From NCBI RefSeq assembly GCF_048068055.1, contig NZ_JBLUPT010000005.1:260509-324508 (forward strand): a DNA stretch of 64,000 nucleotides, written 5' to 3'. Positions 56,711 to 64,000 of this stretch are shown in pieces. The notes under the pieces are model-generated. The model made no database searches. It was not told the origin of the DNA and saw only the letters and a list, made by a program, of their open reading frames with translations. The position numbers and the translations under genes were made by a program. The stretch is from Pseudomonas sp. NY15181 (GTDB lineage: Bacteria; Pseudomonadota; Gammaproteobacteria; Pseudomonadales; Pseudomonadaceae). Within the stretch, counting starts at the first letter, position 1, and the number at the start of each line of letters is the position of its first letter.

Positions 56711-59700
56711 TATCGATTCACTTCGCGCCAGGACAATCTTCCCGAGGCTCGATTCCCGGGCGGCACGGGGGCGCACTGCGGCTCCCCTCCCTTGGAACCG
56801 ACGTAGCAGATCAGGTCGTCGCCATCGTCCTTGCTGAAGAAGCTCGGGGTCTTGATGACGCCGTTGGTCGAGTCGCTGATGCCTGAGTAAGGGATCTTGT
56901 TGCCTTGTTCGTCGGTGTAGTAGTCGTTGTCGTCGATCACGCCGTCGCCGTTGGCATCGAAGTAGTTGTACGACAGCCGACCATTGCCCAGGGCATCCAG
57001 TGCTATGAGCGAACTGATACCTCCACCGGTGCAGGGGTCGTCGGAAGGCGTCAGCGAAGTGAAGGTCACAGCGCCCCCGCGCAATATGGGGCGGGAGACC
57101 ATACGCTCGCCGGTAATGGTATTGGTGCCGCCTTCGGCCTGTTTCCATTGCAGGTCCAGGTACCAGCCGCTCTTAGCGGTGGTCATGGCCTGGTTACTCA
57201 CCACCGTCCGCCGGTCGCCACCGACGGTTTGCCGGTGGAGGATCTTCTGTTCCAGTAAGGTGTCGCGGCTGATTGTCGTACCGGAGTCGATGATGCCGTA
57301 GAAGGATTCAACTCGCTGGTTCTGCTGCAGGTCGGCATCGGTGGTCTGGTAGAAACTTCCTGTGCCGAACAGCACCATCATCTTGCCATCCCTGTTCAGG
57401 GCGACGGCCAGCGGAGCTGTGATCGGCTGTGCTCGATTGGAACTATCGCGAGCCTGGAACAGTGAGTTGCCGTTCAGCGAGCCGGGCGCGCCCCAGTTGC
57501 TCGGATTGGTACCGTTGATATCCAGCCGCCACAGGTTGCCCGAGGTATCGCCGACATAGATGCGATCGGCTACCCGGTCGTTGTTAACATCGACAGGTGC
57601 CGGGTCGGCCAGGCCGCCTGTGGTAGTGATGGTGAATTGCTTGATTACCGATCCATCTGCGGCATCGAGAATCCACACCTTGCCGCTGCTGACTGCGCTG
57701 TTGATGAATCCGCTGGTGACAATCACGCCAAACTTGCCGTTCGCCAGGGGGGCGATCGCAGGGCGATGCATCGGATTGCCCATTTCCGGCGCGGTGAACT
57801 CCCATAGCACCTTGCTGGCGTTCATGTTGCTCGGGTCGCTGACATCCAGCGCGAACACGCTTTTGCCGCCAGCGCCGGTGGTGCCAACGACGATGGTCTT
57901 CCAGCTCGAGTCGATATAGACGTCGGAGTAGTTGGGAGATCCATCGACGTAGTAGCGGTGACTGTAAGTGGGGGACGTGAGTTGATAGAGGTCGTCGACG
58001 ACAGTGCGAGGCACATAGGCGAAGAGTTCGCTGCCACCATTGCTTAGCGTGCCGTCGAAACCGTGGATCATTCCGTCGTTCGCCCCCAGGACCACCAGCG
58101 GCTTCTTGCTCTTGTAGCTGCTGCTGGCGCGATAGGTGAGGTAGGCCGGGCCGGCGTTGCCCCATTGGCTGCCGGCCAGCAGGTTGTAGCCGAAGTCCTG
58201 GTTGGCGATGTATTGCGGGTCGGAATTGACGATGTCGCCCAGCCGGCTGCCGCGCTCGCGGTAAGGGTTGGCCGGATTGCTGGTGCTGACTTCCCGGCTC
58301 CTGTCTCCGCGCAGGAAGGCCAGGCGGTTCTGTGCTTCCGCTTCGGTGACGGAGACCGTGGCGTCGGCGGTGCGCCTGAGCGCTACTTTGGTGTCGGCAT
58401 CCAGGGAGCCCCAGGTGAAGTCGACACCGGTGGTGCTGGTGAAATAGGTGTTCCCAGCCTGGCCCGCGAGCGAATTGACGGTGAAGATCTTGCGCGCCGA
58501 AAGGTCAGTGAGAGCATCCAGTCGGGTGGCGGCGCTCCAGCTGGGAGTCGTCGCTACCACGCCATTGCCGTTGACGCTCTTGGCCTGCAGGTCGCCGCTC
58601 CAGTGTTCGCTGTTGTACTGCGACTGGTAGATCGCGCTGCCGGTATCCAGCTGCGTGGAGTTGGTCGCCAGCGAGGTGGTCGAACTGCGCACTTCCTGGA
58701 CGATCTTGGCGAAGGCGGTCTTCAGGCTGCTGACCATTTTTTCCGCGTCGCTGGCGACGAAGAAGTTGTCCGGGCGCTTGTCGCCGGTCGACAGCGTTTC
58801 CCCGTTGGTCCACCAGAGGTCATCGGTCAGGCTGGCGGTCGAGCTGTAGGGGTCGAAATTGGTGGGGACCTTGAAGCCGCCGTATTTCGCGGCGAGCCAG
58901 TACTGATTCTTGGCGCGGGCCTCCAGTTTCTGAGCTTCCCGAACATCCACCCAGTAGGTGGAGACGGTCTGCTTGCCGCTCATCTGCGGGCGTATGTCCT
59001 TGGTGTGCGAGTCATAGGCCAGGCCCGCGATATAGGCGGAGTTATTGCGCCCGGTGTAGTTGTCGGAGCTCTGGTTGAGACTGACACCTTCGAGACTACC
59101 CACCTTGCCGGTGGCCTTGACCGCGTCGACGGTAGTGTCGTTCCTGACTTCTTCAGGCTTGGTCGGCTCCCGGTAGGCAGAGGTAGTTCCGGGCAGGTTC
59201 TTGTCGACGTGGGTGTTCACGTCACCGATCCCGAGAATGACGTTCTTCTGGCAGGCATAGGTGATCGGATCACTCCACGTGGTGACGACGGGGAATCCAT
59301 CGGCCATCGTGTAGACGTTGGAGCTGATGTCGCTGTACTCGGGCACGTTGCCCTGATTTTTGAAGTAGCGGATCGCTGTGTAGTAGAGCTCGCTGACCGG
59401 GTCGAGGCTCTTGTGTGCCTGGTCGGTCATCGAACCGAATTTGTTGATGTAGTTGATGACGCCGCTACGGCTGACGCTGCCCCCGGTGGCCGTGGCATCG
59501 GCAGGGTTGGGGTTGTCGGCGAAGACGCCGGTCGTGGGGTCCCACTCCCTCTGTGTGTTGCTGTCCCCACCTTCGCCCAGGGTCGGGCCGATGTACTTCT
59601 GATTGGCACGCAGGACGCCACCATCGCGAAGTTCGTTGGAGTCATTCAGGTAGCTGAAGGCGCTGTAGCGGAGGGTGTTGGAATACTGTTGCAGCAGCCC

Positions 59701-60615
59701 TTCGGGCTTGTAGTTGCTGCCATAGCGCTTGCAGTTGCTTTCCGGCATGGCGCTGTCGCATACCTTGACCTGCACACGCACGCGGAAAATGCTCTTGGTC
59801 TTCTTGCTGACGGTATAGGACGTCACCAGCCCGCCGGTCCCCCATTGGGCGGCAGTCCCTTCGTCATAGTCCACCCAGCGCCCGGTGTTCTCGGTGCCGC
59901 CGTCGGAACCTCCGAGCCCGTCGGAGGCATTGGCGAACATCATGTCGTAGTTGAGGCCCTGCATGCGGACGTAGAACGCTCCCCAGGCGCTGGAGGCGGG
60001 GGTCGCGCCGGTGATTTCCGATTTGGGCAGCATTCCTTGCCCGCTGGTCATCCGGTTGCCGGCACTGCTCTGGCCGGAGTGCCGGGCTTTCTGCAGGACG
60101 GTGAGGCTGGCGGTGTCCTGTATCCGGTTACCCCCGGTCAAGGCGCTGCGGAAGGGGTCGATGGTCGGGGTCCCCGCCCAGTTCAGGAAGTTGCCGCTCC
60201 ATTCCTTCTTGGCGGCGCCGATGTTGCACTTGCGGGCATTGGCCGTTCCGACCGGATAGAAATAGGTGCCGACGATTTTCTGGGCATCGACGTTTTTCAG
60301 CGCGCTGTCCGCGCTGTAGTCGTAGAGATTTTTGCTCGAGTCGTAGGTGTAGCGATAGCACTTTTCCGGATCGAAATAGCCGATGTACTTGCTGCTCGAG
60401 CTGTAGGCGCCCAGGTTTGCGATGGACAGGATGGTGGGCCATTCTACCGACGGTGTCAGCGCCAGGCTGCCCGGTACGTTGGAGCTGCCCAGCAGCATGG
60501 GAGTCTGGGATACCGCGGCCTGAACCTCGATCGCCTGCAGGAAGATCACGCTGAAGCTGAGGAACGACGAGCACCAGACGCTCAGGGTCTTCGGGGTTAC
60601 TAGTTTCTTGAGCAT
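56710..60615 (-). CDS. pilY1: PilY1-family type IV pilus tip adhesin / biogenesis factor
   Basis: 1301 aa; signal peptide; N-terminal vWA-like region; C-terminal PilY1 beta-propeller with EF-hand-like Ca loop DANGDGVIDDND; RGD tripeptide (FLRGDRS). Confidence 0.85.
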   Translation of the reverse strand: MLKKLVTPKTLSVWCSSFLSFSVIFLQAIEVQAAVSQTPMLLGSSNVPGSLALTPSVEWPTILSIANLGAYSSSSKYIGYFDPEKCYRYTYDSSKNLYDYSADSALKNVDAQKIVGTYFYPVGTANARKCNIGAAKKEWSGNFLNWAGTPTIDPFRSALTGGNRIQDTASLTVLQKARHSGQSSAGNRMTSGQGMLPKSEITGATPASSAWGAFYVRMQGLNYDMMFANASDGLGGSDGGTENTGRWVDYDEGTAAQWGTGGLVTSYTVSKKTKSIFRVRVQVKVCDSAMPESNCKRYGSNYKPEGLLQQYSNTLRYSAFSYLNDSNELRDGGVLRANQKYIGPTLGEGGDSNTQREWDPTTGVFADNPNPADATATGGSVSRSGVINYINKFGSMTDQAHKSLDPVSELYYTAIRYFKNQGNVPEYSDISSNVYTMADGFPVVTTWSDPITYACQKNVILGIGDVNTHVDKNLPGTTSAYREPTKPEEVRNDTTVDAVKATGKVGSLEGVSLNQSSDNYTGRNNSAYIAGLAYDSHTKDIRPQMSGKQTVSTYWVDVREAQKLEARAKNQYWLAAKYGGFKVPTNFDPYSSTASLTDDLWWTNGETLSTGDKRPDNFFVASDAEKMVSSLKTAFAKIVQEVRSSTTSLATNSTQLDTGSAIYQSQYNSEHWSGDLQAKSVNGNGVVATTPSWSAATRLDALTDLSARKIFTVNSLAGQAGNTYFTSTTGVDFTWGSLDADTKVALRRTADATVSVTEAEAQNRLAFLRGDRSREVSTSNPANPYRERGSRLGDIVNSDPQYIANQDFGYNLLAGSQWGNAGPAYLTYRASSSYKSKKPLVVLGANDGMIHGFDGTLSNGGSELFAYVPRTVVDDLYQLTSPTYSHRYYVDGSPNYSDVYIDSSWKTIVVGTTGAGGKSVFALDVSDPSNMNASKVLWEFTAPEMGNPMHRPAIAPLANGKFGVIVTSGFINSAVSSGKVWILDAADGSVIKQFTITTTGGLADPAPVDVNNDRVADRIYVGDTSGNLWRLDINGTNPSNWGAPGSLNGNSLFQARDSSNRAQPITAPLAVALNRDGKMMVLFGTGSFYQTTDADLQQNQRVESFYGIIDSGTTISRDTLLEQKILHRQTVGGDRRTVVSNQAMTTAKSGWYLDLQWKQAEGGTNTITGERMVSRPILRGGAVTFTSLTPSDDPCTGGGISSLIALDALGNGRLSYNYFDANGDGVIDDNDYYTDEQGNKIPYSGISDSTNGVIKTPSFFSKDDGDDLICYVGSKGGEPQCAPVPPGNRASGRLSWREVNR

Positions 60616-60637
60616 GTAGGAGTTCTCGAAAGTCCTG

Positions 60638-61108
60638 TCAGCGCTTGATGTACATCGACTTCAGTTGGTAGGTGGAGGCGGTGCTGCTGTCGGCGTTCTG
60701 CACGGCGCCAAATCCCTGTGCTTCCACTCTTATGACAGTCGTGGTGATAGGGGTGCCGGCTTCCGTTGATTCTCCCGATCTCCTGTAGACAACTCCCGGC
60801 AGGGTGGTCAGCCGGTACTTGGGAGTGGCCAGCCCCGAGATGTCGCTGGCGTCGTCCCAGGAGCTGCTGGAGACATAGTTCTGCCAATGGGTCACCGACT
60901 GGCCCTTGACGACGGCTTCGCCCTGCCGAATCGCCGCTTCCGCGGCCTGTAGAGCATGACTTTCGTCGCGAAGATTGCCGGCCATGCGTTCCTGCAGGGT
61001 GGTGCTGCGCATGCTGCTGATGCCGATGATAGTGAGGAGCAGGAGCATGATCAGTGCGACGACCAGTACAGCACCCTGTTGCGCCCGAGGCGCCCTGTTG
61101 ATGTTCAT
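60638..61108 (-). CDS. pilX: type IV minor pilin PilX
   Basis: 156 aa; prepilin-like N-terminus ...AQQGAVLVVALIMLLLLTIIGISSMRSTTLQERMAGN. Confidence 0.75.
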   Translation of the reverse strand: MNINRAPRAQQGAVLVVALIMLLLLTIIGISSMRSTTLQERMAGNLRDESHALQAAEAAIRQGEAVVKGQSVTHWQNYVSSSSWDDASDISGLATPKYRLTTLPGVVYRRSGESTEAGTPITTTVIRVEAQGFGAVQNADSSTASTYQLKSMYIKR

Positions 61109-62001
61109 GGCAGGCGGTTCCTGAGGCCGATGGTCGAGGTGAATGTGCGGGTCATGGGGTTGGCGTTATCCGTGCTGACGGCCGTGAGTGTGATCTGGGC
61201 CGACACCACCGTTGACCAGTCGGAGATGCTCGAGGCATCCACGTAGTCCCCGGAAACAGCACCATTGACGTTGCCGACGGCGTATTTGATCTGCAGGTCC
61301 TGGATGCCCTCGGCAACTTCCTCGGCGGATGCGCCGCTGTTGTAGCGAATTCGGTAGAGCGAGGGGCTGCCCGCCGAGTTGTTATTGACGAAGTAGAGGG
61401 TGCTTTCGAACTTGAGGATGTCCGAGGTGCTCGGGTAGATATGCCCGAAGGACGCTCCGTTCACCGATACGGCGGAGTTGCTGGCTGCCGAATTGTTGCG
61501 GAACAGGTCGCATCCTATGGGATCGGACAGGACCAGAAGGGTCCCCTGGGCGATTCCGGTCGCAGCTGTCGTACTGATGCTGTCGGTGGAGGAGGCTGCC
61601 GAGGGAGTCGCCCCGCTGGCTGCGGCCGCGTGCTTTACCAGGATGGCATCCGTCCCGCTGCGGCGAGTCCCGGAGAACCAGTTCGGGATGCTCTGGCCGC
61701 TCTCCCAGCCCTGAAGGGCCATGTCCAGGGTGTAGCGTGCATCCGTGAGGCCGGTGAGATTGTTTAGCTCGCTGACACATTCGCCCTTGTAACCAGCATT
61801 GCGCAGGTCATAGGTGAGGAACGTCATGGCAAAGCGGCCATTTTCCTGCACGCGGGAGAGGGCGGTGTTGGAGCTGAACGTCTGCTTGCTGGAGAGGAAA
61901 ACCTGCAATACGCCGCCGATCAGCAGCAGCCCCAACAGCATGGCGATCATCAGTTCGACCAGGGACAGGCCGGACTGTGATGAGTGGCTAGCGAGCTTCA
62001 T
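61105..62001 (-). CDS. pilW: type IV minor pilin PilW
   Basis: 298 aa; class III leader ...SQSGLSLVELMIAMLLGLLLIGGVLQVFLSSKQ; 4-nt overlaps with pilX and pilV. Confidence 0.8.
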   Translation of the reverse strand: MKLASHSSQSGLSLVELMIAMLLGLLLIGGVLQVFLSSKQTFSSNTALSRVQENGRFAMTFLTYDLRNAGYKGECVSELNNLTGLTDARYTLDMALQGWESGQSIPNWFSGTRRSGTDAILVKHAAAASGATPSAASSTDSISTTAATGIAQGTLLVLSDPIGCDLFRNNSAASNSAVSVNGASFGHIYPSTSDILKFESTLYFVNNNSAGSPSLYRIRYNSGASAEEVAEGIQDLQIKYAVGNVNGAVSGDYVDASSISDWSTVVSAQITLTAVSTDNANPMTRTFTSTIGLRNRLP

Positions 62002-62456
62002 AGGCGAGTCCGGTACTCGAAGGTTTCCGAGGGGGTGTTGGTGTCGCTGGTTGCCTTGATGCGAGCCCGGTTGTCATTCCAGCGGATGGAAATGGTGAAA
62101 ATGTTGGCGTTCAAGGCGATCTTGCCGGTGCCATCGGGCAGCGACTCCGCCAGGCGATTGAGCCACTCGGCCTTGTCTTTGGCCGCACGGCTGCCGCTCA
62201 CGCCGTTGCTGGTGGAGGAGGCCGGGAAGTCGCTCATGCTGTAGTCGCCCGCCAGCGCCTTGTCGCGGTTGGCGCGCATACGATCGGCCATGTCATTGGC
62301 GAGGATGCTGGCTTGGGAGCGGTAGTAGGCGCCCTGATTGGTCTGAACGCTGGTGGCCTGCAGGCCCGCCATGCCAAGCAGGCCCACGGCGAGAATCACC
62401 ACGGCGATCAGAACTTCGAGCAGGGTTGCACCCTGCTGTGTGCGCAGGCTCATCAC
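61998..62456 (-). CDS. pilV: type IV minor pilin PilV
   Basis: 152 aa; ...TQQGATLLEVLIAVVILAVGLLGMAGLQATSVQTNQ. Confidence 0.8.
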   Translation of the reverse strand: MMSLRTQQGATLLEVLIAVVILAVGLLGMAGLQATSVQTNQGAYYRSQASILANDMADRMRANRDKALAGDYSMSDFPASSTSNGVSGSRAAKDKAEWLNRLAESLPDGTGKIALNANIFTISIRWNDNRARIKATSDTNTPSETFEYRTRL

Positions 62457-62941
62457 TCGCAGTCCGCCTTCTCGATCTTGCTCAGTCCGCTCAGCGCCAC
62501 GGACAGCGTGCGCTTCTGGTTACCGCTGCAGCTCGGTTGTGTGACCGAGAGGCTGGTGGCGGTACTGACCATACCGTTGCTCTGATAGATGACCCCGGCG
62601 TTAGGGCCGGTGATCGCAACGTCGGAGGGCGCTTGCCAAACCTTGATGATGTCGCCGCCGCTCTGCCGGATCAGCCAGCCAGCGCTCCAGTCGGTGCCGT
62701 TCTCGCAGTTGTCGCCCGCTGCGTTCCGACGGCAGAGGGTCACCCGGTTGTGCCGCATCACGGCTTCCGAACGCGCCAGTTGCAGGGCGGACTGCAGCTC
62801 GGTGCTGGTCGTGGTGAGCTTGCTGTCACGGATGGTGCTGGTGAAGGACGGTGCGGCGACGCTGATGAGGATGGCCAGGACGACGATGGTCACCATCAAC
62901 TCGATCAGCGTGAATCCTGCCGAATGCATCGGGCGCGACAT
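62453..62941 (-). CDS. fimU: type IV minor pilin FimU (GspH-like)
   Basis: 162 aa; MSRPMHSAGFTLIELMVTIVVLAILISVAAPSF. Confidence 0.8.
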   Translation of the reverse strand: MSRPMHSAGFTLIELMVTIVVLAILISVAAPSFTSTIRDSKLTTTSTELQSALQLARSEAVMRHNRVTLCRRNAAGDNCENGTDWSAGWLIRQSGGDIIKVWQAPSDVAITGPNAGVIYQSNGMVSTATSLSVTQPSCSGNQKRTLSVALSGLSKIEKADCE

Positions 62942-63091
62942 GGCGCATTCCTCGCGTTTTAAGTCGCGGCAATGCTGCCGTCTGTCGTAGGAAAAGTCCT
63001 AACTAGACAGATGACCGTTCGTTATAGCGCGATGTTCGGTCATGCGATTGGTGCATATGTGACAGGTGTCGCGACACGAGTGTGACGCGGG

Positions 63092-63604
63092 TCAGCGAGG
63101 GCAAAGTGGGTCCGTTTCGCTGGATTCCCGGCGAATCCTTCCGGCCCTGTTGATCATGATCCGGGAAGCGGATTGTGTACGGGCGCAGAGCACGAAATGC
63201 CCGGAGTGGAAGGCCCCGCTGGGCTGGATGCTGTAGCCGCCGGGGGTGTAGTGGACGTAGCGGCGGGACGTGCTGTCCGGGATGACGGTGATGTGGGGAA
63301 GAGCCGCGTGAGTCGCCAGCAGTTGTTCGGCGGGGGCGCGAACACCGTTGTTGTTGCTGTCGACGAATAGCACCCAGCCCTGGGCCCAGTTGCCGCCGAG
63401 CGCGGCGATGCTGATCGGTTGCCCGCTCAGCACGGCCGTCGTCCGCGCCTGGTTCAGGGCGCCCTGCAGCTCCTGCGTGGCGACCTGCAACCGATGCTCT
63501 TCGAGCAGTCGGCCGAAGCCCGGTGCGGCAAGGGAGAGGGCGATGGCGAGGATCGCCAGCGCTACCAGCAGTTCGATGAGGCTGAAACCCTTGTGTTTGA
63601 GCAT
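63092..63604 (-). CDS. fimT: type IV minor pilin FimT (GspH-like)
   Basis: 170 aa; MLKHKGFSLIELLVALAILAIALSLAAPGFGRLLEE; separated from fimU by ~150 bp. Confidence 0.8.
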   Translation of the reverse strand: MLKHKGFSLIELLVALAILAIALSLAAPGFGRLLEEHRLQVATQELQGALNQARTTAVLSGQPISIAALGGNWAQGWVLFVDSNNNGVRAPAEQLLATHAALPHITVIPDSTSRRYVHYTPGGYSIQPSGAFHSGHFVLCARTQSASRIMINRAGRIRRESSETDPLCPR

Positions 63605-63734
63605 GTCCGTGCCTGATTCTGGATTCTCCTCAGGGATTATTGGCGTTGCCTGTTTTGTGGCGTCTGATGCCGTTGTAGGGCGCTTCCGGGGTGGTTGTAG
63701 TTGTCGCCCGTCATGTGGACGCTCTCATTGCGCG

Positions 63735-64000
63735 GTATACCGCGTGCTTCCTGCTATCCAACCTATCCGTCCTGAACCCGGCTAAGGACCTGCTGCCCAA
63801 CAATCAGCTGCTGGCTCTAGACCGCTGGGCCATTGACCTGGCCTTGGTGTTGGGTGGTGCGCTGAGCAACCTGTACGACCGCATAGTGCTTGGTCACGTG
63901 TCGACTTCTTCCTGGTGCACTGGCAAACCGCTGGTATTTCCCAGCATTCAACCTGGCCGACAGCGCCATCACCGTCGGCGCCATCATGCTGGCGCTGGAT
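63735..64000 (+). pseudogene. degraded partial duplicate of the ileS-lspA locus (ileS internal fragment fused to lspA 3' half; runs off window end)
   Basis: ~63743-63840 aligns to ileS nt ~53361-53458 (~86% id) and 63841-64000 aligns to lspA nt ~54486-54652 (last ~75 nt ~97% id). The ~1 kb between them is missing, with the junction at shared GGCCATCG(A/C)CC. The copy is in the same orientation as the intact genes. Single-base deletions in the lspA-like part break the frame. Confidence 0.8.

Overview
This 64 kb window reads as a high-GC (roughly 65-67% by eye) Pseudomonas chromosomal segment, mostly core genes. The gene order and products resemble the P. aeruginosa-lineage ispH-ileS-rpsT-proB-obg-rplU-ispB ... 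rtcR/rtcBA ... ccpR-gdhA-ettA-morA-glyA neighbourhood. From start to end the window holds:
- A 5'-truncated RND efflux permease, an MFS transporter, and an AraC regulator divergent from an acyl-CoA synthetase.
- An orphan receiver domain, YpfJ, a PhzF-family protein, an aminotransferase, and a small cluster of DUF, membrane and lipoprotein genes.
- trmA, a purine permease, glyA, a 1510-aa MorA-like PAS-GGDEF-EAL protein, ettA, gdhA and ccpR.
- An rtcR-rtcBA RNA-repair locus.
- A DksA/TraR-like gene followed by a Lon-like protease, then fklB, a small gene behind a Fur-box-like palindrome, and ispB.
- The housekeeping block rplU-rpmA-obg, proB, creA-like, rpsT, murJ-ribF-ileS-lspA-fkpB-ispH.
- A minus-strand type IV minor-pilin cluster, pilE-pilY1-pilX-pilW-pilV-fimU-fimT.

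Two things stand out.
- Two tandem tRNA-Arg-like modules in the rtc leader. The rtcBA operon here has two extra genes, an SPFH/band-7 protein and a basic zinc-ribbon protein. Its leader, downstream of a sigma54 (-24/-12) promoter, carries two zero-spaced, CCA-less, partly defective tRNA-Arg-like modules. That arrangement resembles the tRNA-mimicking Y-RNA (YrlA) modules of Rsr-containing Rtc operons in other bacteria, but no Ro60/Rsr gene is present. I consider this the best candidate for a not-yet-described system in the window.
- A degraded partial duplicate of the ileS-lspA locus at the window end. The last ~260 bp of the window are a diverged, frameshifted copy of an internal ileS segment fused directly to the lspA 3' half, just beyond fimT. 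The authentic ileS-lspA-fkpB-ispH genes and this remnant therefore bracket the minor-pilin cluster, which also looks lower in GC.

Other features include REP-type palindromic repeats, rho-independent terminators, an ANR/FNR box upstream of ccpR and an AT-rich divergent gdhA promoter region. Manually derived coordinates are +/-2 nt.
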